Source: [Eubacterium] saphenum | Lineage (GTDB): Bacteria; Bacillota; Clostridia; Lachnospirales; Anaerotignaceae | Assembly: GCA_004557645.1 (NCBI GenBank) | Contig: SFGI01000013.1 | Coordinates: forward strand, 162-64,161 | DNA length: 64,000 nt | Direction: 5' to 3' | In this document: positions 1-8,270 of the stretch, in pieces | How the letters are laid out: each line of letters opens with the position of its first letter | Numbering within the stretch: position 1 is the stretch's first letter | Position numbers and translations under genes: made by a program | Notes under the pieces: generated by a model | The model's database searches: none | Told to the model about the DNA's origin: nothing | Seen by the model: the letters and a program-made list of their open reading frames with translations, nothing else

Positions 1-296
1 CATCTTTGAGTAACTGGAAATCAGGAAGAAGCACGCCAAGCGTAAAAACACTACAGAAAATAGCAGACTATTTTGATGTGTCCATCGGATATTTAACAGG
101 AACAGAAGATGAAGAACCAAACGCAGTTGATAAAGAAAACAATCCAATCGTTTTAGACGATGAAGCACTGGAATTATTGGAAGAATTAAAGGAACGACCT
201 GAAATGAGAACGCTGTTCAGTGTTTCCAGAAAGGCTACAAAGGAGGACATATTGAAGGCTGTCAAAATTATTGAGGCATTAAAAGGGGATGATTGA
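1..296 (+). CDS. XRE/cI-family HTH transcriptional regulator (5'-truncated by the window edge)
   Basis: The reading frame is open to base 1. SNWKSGRSTPSVKTLQKIADYFDVSIGYLTG matches the recognition-helix half of an HTH_3 domain, followed by an acidic tail. The stop overlaps the next start (ATGATTGA). Confidence 0.85.
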   Translation, partial: SLSNWKSGRSTPSVKTLQKIADYFDVSIGYLTGTEDEEPNAVDKENNPIVLDDEALELLEELKERPEMRTLFSVSRKATKEDILKAVKIIEALKGDD

Positions 297-504
297 TTTG
301 GACGATTACTATATTCGTTATATCAACATGCCTTCGTCCACAAGAGGGATGACGGTACAGGATGGTGATGGGTTCTATAACATTTACATCAATGCGAACA
401 TATCCGCTGATGCGCAGCAAGAAGCCATACAGCATGAATTAAAGCATGTTCAGCGTGAGGATTTTGATAATAAAAAAAGTCTCCGTGAGGCAGAGACTAT
501 GTAA
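289..504 (+). CDS. Minimal ImmA/IrrE-like metalloprotease-domain protein (71 aa, HEXXH)
   Basis: HELKH (HEXXH) near the C-terminus, preceded by the G-x-T...Y-x-I-x-IN pattern seen in COG2856 proteins. Translationally coupled to the XRE gene, like immR-immA pairs. Confidence 0.6.
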   Translation: MIDLDDYYIRYINMPSSTRGMTVQDGDGFYNIYINANISADAQQEAIQHELKHVQREDFDNKKSLREAETM

Positions 505-526
505 TGGTTTAAGGAGGAATGAGAAA

Positions 527-1588
527 ATGAAAAAAATGGTATCTTGTACGGTTGCAGCAATTATCGCTTTGGCTCCTGTTTCTGCATCCGCCATTGATGT
601 TAGCATTGACAACGTTCCATTAAAGACGGATGTACCAGCTTCCAGCATCAACAACCGAACAATGGTTCCTATGCGAGCCATCTTTGAAGCTCTTGGTGCG
701 GATGTTGCATGGGATAGTGTATCTAAATCTGTTTTTGCGCAGAAAGGGGGTACTACCGTTAATTTATGTTTGAATCAGTCCATGGCTTATGTAAATAATG
801 TTCCATATATGTTAGATTCTCCTCCAGTATCAATTAACGGAAGAACTATGGTTCCTGTTAGATTTGTTGCTGAAAGCCTAGACTGCGACGTTAAATGGGA
901 CGGGAAATCTCAAAAAGTAATCATTTCGACAAACAGCGAAATTCCGTTCTATGGAAATGGTCTTAATGGCGCACTTAATGAACTAAACGATATTTATAAG
1001 AATGAACCGAATTTGTCTTATAATAAAATTCGTTCCTCTGCGAATTCAGAAAAGATTGCATTTGCCATTAGTTATAATTCTTCTGTGTCCAATTCAGAAT
1101 ATATAGAATTGCTGAATAAAGCCGTTGAAAATGTTCTTGCTATTTCAAAAAAATACAATGTAGACATATTTTCAATAGAAGTATGTCTTGATACAAATAA
1201 GGATAGCCAAGATATATATTGGCATAGTTATAACCTCACAAGTGACAGAGAAAAATCAAAAGTAGGGGACTTTTTCTATTTATCAAAAGGTATCGAAAAA
1301 CGAGATGTTTCCTATACAGATGTAAAAAAAATACTCAAAATCGGTTCAAACACTCCAGATAAAAAAGAATCTTATGGAATCACAATGGAGGCATACAACG
1401 CAATTAAAAACGGTATGACTTTGAAACAAGTTCAAGATATTATCGGATATTCTGGTTACGAACAAGCATCTACTGATGGAGGATTGATGCAAACATGGTC
1501 TTCTACCGGTAGCAGCGGAACATATAAGGAAATTTCGGTTATATTTATTGACGGAGAAGTTTACTCAAAGTCTCAATACGGCTTATAA
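527..1588 (+). CDS. Secreted protein with a copper-amine-oxidase-N-like (stalk/cell-wall) repeat domain and a small C-terminal domain of unknown function
   Basis: ATG at 527 lies 9 nt after AAGGAGG (511-517). Signal peptide MKKMVSCTVAAIIALAPVSASA. Two repeats of the INxRTMVPxR...L(G/D)xxVxWD type. The ORF-track start at 446 is rejected because it has no SD. Confidence 0.7.
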   Translation: MKKMVSCTVAAIIALAPVSASAIDVSIDNVPLKTDVPASSINNRTMVPMRAIFEALGADVAWDSVSKSVFAQKGGTTVNLCLNQSMAYVNNVPYMLDSPPVSINGRTMVPVRFVAESLDCDVKWDGKSQKVIISTNSEIPFYGNGLNGALNELNDIYKNEPNLSYNKIRSSANSEKIAFAISYNSSVSNSEYIELLNKAVENVLAISKKYNVDIFSIEVCLDTNKDSQDIYWHSYNLTSDREKSKVGDFFYLSKGIEKRDVSYTDVKKILKIGSNTPDKKESYGITMEAYNAIKNGMTLKQVQDIIGYSGYEQASTDGGLMQTWSSTGSSGTYKEISVIFIDGEVYSKSQYGL

Positions 1589-1712
1589 ACAAAAAACTCC
1601 CCTGCGGTACCGCTAATACCACAAGGGGAAATATAGAAGATTGTTTCCTAACAGCCCTCCATATAAACCATATCATATTAAGGGCATTATTGTCAAACAA
1701 GGAGGGTTTATT

Positions 1713-2288
1713 ATGCTCAAAAAAATGTTATCTATCATTATGGCTGCAGCTATGATCTTCGGCATCGTCGGATGCGGAAGCATGGAATCGCCTGAAACAT
1801 CCGTAACAAATTACTTAAATGCTGTAAAGAACCAAGACGCCCAAACCATTGCTAAATATACTGGCGATGATGAGGAAGAAGCCGAAGAAGAAACTGAAGA
1901 TGCCAATGCAGGGGATGAGGATTTCGCCCAGTATGCAATCGATAAACTGCTTGGATCCATGGAATACGAAATCATTTCTTCCGAAGAAAAAGATGATACC
2001 GCAGCGGTAACAGTCTCTTTTACAAATGTAAATATGACAGTTGTTGTATCTGAAATGATGTCAAACGCTATTTCCTTGATTTTCTCTGGTATGTCTGACG
2101 AAGAAATGAATACTGCAATGCAAGGATTCTTTATCACTGCTCTTGAAAACCACGAAGAGGATCTTGTAACAAAAGAAGCAACTATCAGCTTAAAAAAAGG
2201 TGATGGATATTGGATTGTTGAAAACGGTGATGACCTGCTAGATGCAGCTACCGGCGGCATTGAATCAGCTTTCAGCAATATCGGATAA
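1713..2288 (+). CDS. Lipoprotein, unknown function, with an acidic linker
   Basis: ATG at 1713 after GGAGGG. Lipobox IFGIVGC with the Cys after a hydrophobic h-region. A D/E-rich linker is followed by a globular domain. Confidence 0.7.
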   Translation: MLKKMLSIIMAAAMIFGIVGCGSMESPETSVTNYLNAVKNQDAQTIAKYTGDDEEEAEEETEDANAGDEDFAQYAIDKLLGSMEYEIISSEEKDDTAAVTVSFTNVNMTVVVSEMMSNAISLIFSGMSDEEMNTAMQGFFITALENHEEDLVTKEATISLKKGDGYWIVENGDDLLDAATGGIESAFSNIG

Positions 2289-2336
2289 ACTATATAAAAA
2301 ATCCCCCTTCCCGCTACCAACGAGAAAGAGGATCTC

Positions 2337-2399
2337 AGGCGGTATTTGTATAACCACCTACTCGCAATAGGATTATACCACGATACCGCCTTATTTTCT
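2337..2399 (+). terminator. Long imperfect hairpin plus T-rich tail between the cargo genes and the integrase gene
   Basis: AGGCGGTAT (2337-2345) pairs with ATACCGCCT (2383-2391). An inner GTATAA/TTATAC pairing is present. Followed by TTATTTTCT. Confidence 0.4.
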
Positions 2400-2434
2400 A
2401 TACCAATTTTTCAAAATACAAAGGAGGTATGCCT

Positions 2435-3673
2435 ATGAAAGGCGGGACAAGAAAACGTGGTAAAACATGGTCATATTATTTCGATGCCGCCCAGATTGGT
2501 GGACAAAGAAAGAAAATTGAGAAAGGCGGCTTCCGCACAAAGAAGGAAGCCGAAACAGCGCTTACGAAGGCTCTGGCTGAATATGATAACTCTGGCCAGG
2601 TGTTCACCCCATCAGAGATCAGTGTCAGCGACTATCTGGATTTCTGGTACGACAATTACTGCCTGCCAAACTTCACAGAACATTCCCTTCGCAGATATAA
2701 GTGCATCATCGAACAGAATCTGAAACCTACCTTCGGAGCCTATCGCCTGAGGTCGCTACAAGCCGCCTCCGTGCAGGAATTTGTTTCATCGATGAAGAAG
2801 GCGGATTATTCCAAAGCAACGATACAGCAGATCATATCGGCTCTATCCAGTGCATTGGATTACGCTATCCATCCCATGCAGTACATTAGAGACAATCCCT
2901 GCCGGCTCATCAAAGTTGGCAATGTCCAGAAGAAAAAGAAAGATACTGCTCTGATCACCGATGAAGATTTCCAGAAAATCATTGACCGATTCCCTGCCGG
3001 TTCCAGATATTATATGTATCTGATGCTCGGCTGGCATTGCGGTTTGCGTATCGGAGAATGTGCCGGCCTAACATGGGATGATATCGATTTCGAACATCAC
3101 ACCCTGACCGTTAACAGACAGGCAGTCCAAGCATTCTTTCACAGCCGAAACTGCTGGGTGTTTAAAGAGCCAAAGCACAGATCCATTCGAACCATAAAGA
3201 TTGGTGACACGCTTTACAGAGAATTACTGGCAGAGAAAAAGAGACAATCCGAGAATGAATTGCTGTACGGCGGATATTATACCATCCATTCTATTATCCA
3301 TATCACCGATGATAGAGGCATCAAACGGGATATGCTCATCTCTGATTACAAAGCATCTGCCGGAAGAACAAAACGCTGCCATCCTGTCTGTCTGGATGAG
3401 AACGGAATCTGGATCCATCCAGACCGCTTCAACACCTGTTACCAAACCATAAACGATCATTTGCACATCCAGTTCAAGCATCATGCATTGAGACATACCC
3501 ATGCCACCAAACTGGTGGAAGCCGGCGCAAACATTAAGGCTGTCCAAATCAGATTAGGCCATAAGGACATCACAACCACCATGGGAACCTATGTGCATCA
3601 CACTGACGAAATGGCTCAGGAAGCAATCGATCTGTTCGAACAAATCTTAAATAAAAATGCCACCGCTTTATAA
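2435..3673 (+). CDS. int: Tyrosine-type site-specific integrase (phage integrase family with an N-terminal arm-binding-type domain)
   Basis: C-terminal HALRHTHAT...LGH...GTYVH catalytic pattern (R-H-R-Y family). N-terminal KRGKTWSYYFD...GGFRTKKEAE as in Tn916/phage-type integrases. ATG 2435 is 7 nt after AAGGAGG, whereas ATG 2429 is only 1 nt after it. Confidence 0.92.
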   Translation: MKGGTRKRGKTWSYYFDAAQIGGQRKKIEKGGFRTKKEAETALTKALAEYDNSGQVFTPSEISVSDYLDFWYDNYCLPNFTEHSLRRYKCIIEQNLKPTFGAYRLRSLQAASVQEFVSSMKKADYSKATIQQIISALSSALDYAIHPMQYIRDNPCRLIKVGNVQKKKKDTALITDEDFQKIIDRFPAGSRYYMYLMLGWHCGLRIGECAGLTWDDIDFEHHTLTVNRQAVQAFFHSRNCWVFKEPKHRSIRTIKIGDTLYRELLAEKKRQSENELLYGGYYTIHSIIHITDDRGIKRDMLISDYKASAGRTKRCHPVCLDENGIWIHPDRFNTCYQTINDHLHIQFKHHALRHTHATKLVEAGANIKAVQIRLGHKDITTTMGTYVHHTDEMAQEAIDLFEQILNKNATAL

Positions 3674-3678
3674 ATTAC

Positions 3679-3699
3679 GGTGGCAAATGGGTGGCAAAT
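3679..3699 (+). repeat. Tandem direct repeat GGTGGCAAAT x2, with a third partial copy GACAAATGG at 3715-3723
   Basis: Read directly: GGTGGCAAAT at 3679-3688 and 3690-3699, immediately 3' of the integrase stop, in the element/host junction. Confidence 0.8.
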
Positions 3700-3752
3700 A
3701 GCCTTTTTTAACGCTGACAAATGGCTGAAAGCCTTGATTTTACTGGGTTCTC

Positions 3753-4994
3753 TCAGCGAACCACAGATAATACCATTGTAGCTATGGTGAAGGCATTTTG
3801 CAACAGTTTTTCGGCTTCTTCCTTCTGCATGGTCTTGATGACCTCCAGCACCTCTGCCCCAGGCACGCCCATCATCGCCCATTCGATCTGCCCCATGCAA
3901 AGGCTTTGGGGGGCATCCATCCGCCGCAGAAACCGTCCCAGCATTTTTTTGCGGATACGTCGAAAATCCTCCCAGTCCAGCCCTTCCTTCTGCAGCCGTT
4001 CCAGTTCCCTTCCCAGCAGTTCCGCCGTTTCTTCGGGATGTTCCCCACTGCCGGAAAAGGCAGCAAAGGCATAGCCTTCCCCACAGAAAAAGGCAGCCCC
4101 CAAGGGTTCATCCAAAAGTTCCTTTTCGTAAGCCTTGCGGAAAAAGGAGCTGCTTTCCCCTGCCAAAAGCTCCAGATAAAACCCTGCGGCGATCCGCAGC
4201 TTCAGCCAATCCTCTTTTTTGGCAGAGGGCAGTTTAAAGCCGATTTGAAAATTGGGCTGGGAAAGCCCCATATTTCGTTCCTTATATTTTTCCAAAATAT
4301 CCGTTTCTTCCATGGGAAAATAGACCCGGGCATCCGTCCTTCGGTTCTGCACTGTTTCTGCCGCCGCCCGCACCTGCCGCACAGGCACATCCCCCGTGCA
4401 GATCAGCACCATATTTTCCGTGGTGTAATAGGTTTCATAGGCCTTTTGCAGAGTCTCTGCCGTAATTTTTTCAACGGTTTCCGCCGTTCCGGCGATTCTA
4501 TTTTTGATAGGATGCTTCCCATACATACTTTCCAGCATCTGATAATAGACCACCCAGTTTGGGTCATCCTCATACATGGTGATCTCGCTGGTAATGATGC
4601 CCTTTTCCCGTTCCGTATCCTCTTTTGTGAAAAAAGGCTTCTGGACAAAATCCAGCAGCAGCTTCAGGTTTTCCATGAATTTTTCCCGACAGGTGAAATA
4701 ATAGACCGTTTTGTCCCCATCGGTGAAGGCATTGGCAGATGCGTCGTTTTGGGTGAATTTCGTGAAGGCATCGCCCCATTCCTGCTGGAAAAGCTTATGC
4801 TCGATAAAATGGGCGGTTCCTTGGGGAAAGTTGATTTCTTCCCCATCCCTGCCCTTCCAAAAAAGATGGTTTGCCCCCCGCTTCACCAAAATCGCCGCCA
4901 TCTTCTCCCCAAATTCCCTTTGGGGCAGGATATCATACTGCAGTCCGTTTCTCGTTTTTCCCTGTTGATTTTTCTCAGTTCTCGCCATTTTCAT
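3753..4994 (-). CDS. M16 (insulinase/pitrilysin) family zinc peptidase, YfmH-like active subunit
   Basis: HxxEH zinc motif (HFIEH) near the N-terminus. About 410 aa. Overlaps the upstream paralogue by 20 nt. Confidence 0.88.
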   Translation of the reverse strand: MKMARTEKNQQGKTRNGLQYDILPQREFGEKMAAILVKRGANHLFWKGRDGEEINFPQGTAHFIEHKLFQQEWGDAFTKFTQNDASANAFTDGDKTVYYFTCREKFMENLKLLLDFVQKPFFTKEDTEREKGIITSEITMYEDDPNWVVYYQMLESMYGKHPIKNRIAGTAETVEKITAETLQKAYETYYTTENMVLICTGDVPVRQVRAAAETVQNRRTDARVYFPMEETDILEKYKERNMGLSQPNFQIGFKLPSAKKEDWLKLRIAAGFYLELLAGESSSFFRKAYEKELLDEPLGAAFFCGEGYAFAAFSGSGEHPEETAELLGRELERLQKEGLDWEDFRRIRKKMLGRFLRRMDAPQSLCMGQIEWAMMGVPGAEVLEVIKTMQKEEAEKLLQNAFTIATMVLSVVR

Positions 4995-6213
4995 CCGCCT
5001 CCCCGCTGAGCAAATAGACTGTTTTCAGCTTCAGATGGTTCGCCGCCCGGATCATATCCTCCGGTTCAACCCGTTCCACCTGCCGCAGGAATTTTTCCGC
5101 ACTCAGTTCTTTTCCCTGCAACGCCTGCTCCGCAAAAAAATCCACCATAGCCCAGGGGTTATCCACCAGACTATCATAATCCCGCAGGATACTTTCCTTT
5201 GCCTGCTGCAGTTTTTCCGCCGAAACACCTTCTTTTTTCAGCTTATCCAGGCATTTCAGCACCAGCTTGCCTGTCTCCTTGGCGTCCTTTTCCTGGATCC
5301 CCGCCTGCACAAACAGGTACGGCGAAAGGGGATAGCGATAGGATTTGATATCATAGCACAAGCCCTGTTCCTCCCGTACCTTCCGAAACAAAAGGGAATC
5401 GGGGTCGCCGCCCAAAAGCTGATGGAGCAAAAGCAACGCTGCCTGCCTGCGGCTGTTTTCCATATCTGCCTCAAAGCCCAGCAGCAATCGTGCCTGTTCC
5501 GCCTCTGTTTTTTCCTGTATGAAACGGGGCGGCTCATGGCGGTCGTTATCCTGCTCCTCTTTTGCCTTTACCGCCACTCTGCCCGGGAAATGCTGCCGCA
5601 GGGAAAGCACCTTGGGCTTTTCCTCTTTATCCCCACAGAAAAAGACCTTTGCCTCCGCCGTTTCTACGACTTTCTGATACCATGCAAACAAGTTTTTTCC
5701 GTTGATCTCCTCCAAATCCTCAGCATACCCATCGCCGGAAATGGCAAAGGCTGTCCCCTCTGCCGTCTCCTCCAGAGCACGTTTGCGGGCGAAGGCTTTC
5801 TTATCATCCCGCAGTCTTTCCAGCTTTCTGCGCAAAATTTTCTTCTGCCGCTCCACTGTTTTTTCGGAGAAAGTCCCCTGCTCCAAGGGACGCAGGACCC
5901 GTTCCCGCAGGAAAGAAAGGGCATCCTCCATTTCCACTGTTTTCAAGGTCTCCAAAGAGAATAAAAGCAGCTGTCTGTCCCCTTTTTTCACCACGCTGAT
6001 ATCCCACAGGGCACCGTAAAGCTCTTCCGCCTGCCTTGCTGCTTTCGTCGGCTCTTCGCTCCGTTTCAGGACTTCCGCCAAAAGGGCTGTCTTTGTTGCC
6101 GTTTCCCGCCGCAAGGGCAGATCGAAAAACAATACCAAAAGATTCGTCCGAAATTTCTGCCCGTCCAGCAAAAAAATCCTGCATCTGGGCAGATATCGTT
6201 CCAATGCAGCCAT
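4975..6213 (-). CDS. M16 family peptidase-like protein lacking HxxEH (YfmF-like inactive partner)
   Basis: Same size and architecture as the downstream M16 gene but with no HxxEH. This is the typical paired arrangement in Firmicutes. Confidence 0.8.
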   Translation of the reverse strand: MAALERYLPRCRIFLLDGQKFRTNLLVLFFDLPLRRETATKTALLAEVLKRSEEPTKAARQAEELYGALWDISVVKKGDRQLLLFSLETLKTVEMEDALSFLRERVLRPLEQGTFSEKTVERQKKILRRKLERLRDDKKAFARKRALEETAEGTAFAISGDGYAEDLEEINGKNLFAWYQKVVETAEAKVFFCGDKEEKPKVLSLRQHFPGRVAVKAKEEQDNDRHEPPRFIQEKTEAEQARLLLGFEADMENSRRQAALLLLHQLLGGDPDSLLFRKVREEQGLCYDIKSYRYPLSPYLFVQAGIQEKDAKETGKLVLKCLDKLKKEGVSAEKLQQAKESILRDYDSLVDNPWAMVDFFAEQALQGKELSAEKFLRQVERVEPEDMIRAANHLKLKTVYLLSGEADENGEN

Positions 6214-6275
6214 GTCGCCACCTCTTTTTCTTTTTTGCCTATTCTTTCCGAAAAAAAGAAAAAAAATCCTTCTTC

Positions 6276-6304
6276 TTGAAAAGGAAGATATTTTGCGCTA
6301 TACT
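6276..6304 (+). promoter_or_regulatory. Sigma-A-type promoter
   Basis: TTGAAA (6276-6281), 17-nt spacer, TATACT (6299-6304), about 105 nt upstream of the 6411 start. Confidence 0.55.
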
Positions 6305-6410
6305 TTCTCTGTATTTCTTACAAAACAATTAAGAAAAATCTAAAGTTTTCATACATTCCGTTCCTTTTCCATATTTTGTGCTAAACTGCCTTGTGAAAGG
6401 GAGTGTTTGT

Positions 6411-7517
6411 ATGAAACGAAACTATGATTATGATATCGCCATCATCGGTCTTGGCCCTGCCGGCTCCACTCTGGCACGGCTGTTATCACCAAAATACAAA
6501 GTCATCGCCATCGATAAGAAGGTTTTCGGCGGGGACGGTTTCCAGAAGCCCTGCGGCGGGCTCATCTCCGCCGATGCCCAAAAGGCATTGGCAAGCTTCG
6601 ACCTGACCCTGCCCAAGGATGTGCTGGTAGACCCGCAGATCTTTGCCGTCAAGACCATTGATCTGAAAAATAAACTCATCCGCCACTATCAGCGGTTTTA
6701 TATTAACCTGGACAGACATAAATTCGACCTTTGGCTGGAATCCATCATTCCAAAGGAAGTGGAAGTCCACAGCGGTGCCATCTGCACCGAACTGAAACGA
6801 AAGGACGGGGGCTTTTCCATCTCCTATCTGGAAGAAGGTAAGACCCATAGCTTCACTACAAAATTCCTTGTGGGTGCCGACGGTGCAAATTCCATCGTTC
6901 GGCGAACATTTTATCCCGAAAAGAAGATTCGGAACTATCTCTCCATCCAGCAATGGTTCCCGGAGACCCACCCAACCCCCTTCTATTCCTGCATCTTCGA
7001 CCCGGAGACCACCGATTGCTGTTCCTGGTCTATTTCCAAAGACCATCAGTTCATTTTCGGCGGTGCATTCCCTTTGGATAACGCCAGAGAACGCTTCGAG
7101 AAGCAAAAACAAAAGCTGGAACAGATCGGCTTTCGCTTTGGCGAGCCTTTGAAAACAGAGGCTTGTCTGGTTTTGCGCCCCTCCTCCTTTGGGGATTTCT
7201 GCAAAGGAGAAAAGGGTATTTTCTTCATCGGCGAAGCGGCAGGCTTCATCAGTCCCAGCTCTCTGGAGGGCATCAGCAGTGCCATCTACAGCGCAAGGGA
7301 TTTGAGCCGTGTACTGAACCATCCCAAAGGCGACCTGAACCAGAAATATTGGAAGAAAACCTTCCATATCCGCTTCAAGCTATTCTTAAAGGTGCTGAAA
7401 TGCCCCTTTATGTATCATTCCTTCCTGCGAAGGCTGGTGATGAAAAGCGGCATGCGAAGCATCCAAATTAACGAAACTATTCAATCGGGCAAAACGCCTC
7501 ATTTTGCAAAAAAATAA
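6411..7517 (+). CDS. FAD-dependent oxidoreductase (geranylgeranyl-reductase-like family)
   Basis: N-terminal dinucleotide fold DIAIIGLGPAGSTLA, then GADGANSIVRR. ATG 6411 is preceded by GAAAGGGAG. Confidence 0.8.
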   Translation: MKRNYDYDIAIIGLGPAGSTLARLLSPKYKVIAIDKKVFGGDGFQKPCGGLISADAQKALASFDLTLPKDVLVDPQIFAVKTIDLKNKLIRHYQRFYINLDRHKFDLWLESIIPKEVEVHSGAICTELKRKDGGFSISYLEEGKTHSFTTKFLVGADGANSIVRRTFYPEKKIRNYLSIQQWFPETHPTPFYSCIFDPETTDCCSWSISKDHQFIFGGAFPLDNARERFEKQKQKLEQIGFRFGEPLKTEACLVLRPSSFGDFCKGEKGIFFIGEAAGFISPSSLEGISSAIYSARDLSRVLNHPKGDLNQKYWKKTFHIRFKLFLKVLKCPFMYHSFLRRLVMKSGMRSIQINETIQSGKTPHFAKK

Positions 7518-7558
7518 GCCCGCAGCGGCGGGCGCACCCATAAAACAGGAGAAACACC

Positions 7559-8218
7559 ATGCAGAACCAATCCCTACAAATGATAAAACAAATTTTAAAA
7601 TCCGCCTTCGGGCTGTTCCTCTTTTCCTTTGGCGTATATCTGACCATTCAGGCGGATATCGGCCTTGCCCCGTGGGATTGTCTTTCCATGGGTGCCTCCT
7701 ATCACATCGGGCTGAGCTATGGCATCGTCCATACGGGCATCAGCATCCTCATCCTTGTCATCGATATTTTGCTGAAGGAAAAAATCGGCTACGGCACCAT
7801 TTTGGATGCCCTTCTGGTGGGCAATTATGTTGACCTCATCGACCGCATCCTTTCCCTGCCCAAATGGAACAGTCTGCCCCTCAGCTGCATCATGGTCATT
7901 GTGGGCCTTTTCATCATGGGCTATGGGCAATATTTCTATATGTCCGCCGGGCAAAGCTGCGGTCCCCGAGATTCCCTGCTCATCGCCTTGGGCAAGCGGT
8001 TCCCAAACACCCCCATCGGCGTGGTACAGACCTGCATGATTGGTGTTGCCCTCCTGATTGGCTGGCTGCTGGGCGGCCCCGTAGGCATCGGCACTATCAT
8101 TTCCGTATTTGGCTTAGGTACCGCTTTGCAGATCGTCTGCAAGCTCATGCACTTTGAACCGAGAACGGTGGAGCATCGGAATATAGCAGAAGCTACAAGG
8201 CTCCTGTTGGGAAAATGA
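7559..8218 (+). CDS. YczE-like integral membrane protein
   Basis: Multi-pass hydrophobic protein. The GLAPWDCLSMG motif region resembles YczE/DUF6198 membrane proteins. Confidence 0.6.
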   Translation: MQNQSLQMIKQILKSAFGLFLFSFGVYLTIQADIGLAPWDCLSMGASYHIGLSYGIVHTGISILILVIDILLKEKIGYGTILDALLVGNYVDLIDRILSLPKWNSLPLSCIMVIVGLFIMGYGQYFYMSAGQSCGPRDSLLIALGKRFPNTPIGVVQTCMIGVALLIGWLLGGPVGIGTIISVFGLGTALQIVCKLMHFEPRTVEHRNIAEATRLLLGK

Positions 8219-8228
8219 ATTTCTGCAT

Positions 8229-8262
8229 AAAAAGAAAGCACCTTTTGCAAGGTGCTTTTTTG
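8229..8262. terminator. Bidirectional intrinsic terminator (yczE-like gene / obg)
   Basis: AAGCACCTT (8236-8244), loop TTGC, AAGGTGCTT (8249-8257), flanked by an A-run and a T-run. Confidence 0.8.
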
Positions 8263-8270
8263 ATTCACAA

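Larger units (their letters stand above)
1..3790 (+). mobile_element. End (lysogeny/integration module) of an integrated prophage- or ICE-like element. The body of the element lies left of the window.
   Basis: Co-directional XRE repressor, ImmA-like HEXXH protein, two surface proteins and a tyrosine integrase, ending about 80 bp from a host gene. The region is visibly more AT-rich than the rest of the window. It uses TTA Leu codons, which the host genes almost completely avoid. The right boundary is approximate. Confidence 0.7.

Noticed and set aside
446-526. N-terminal extensions offered by the ORF track (for example 446 for the stalk protein, 9611 for obg, 14088 for recX, 29234 for comEB, 43957 for pncB)
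   Set aside because: In each case an internal start has a proper SD at 5-10 nt and yields the canonical family N-terminus or signal peptide. The track also translates TTG/GTG starts as M.
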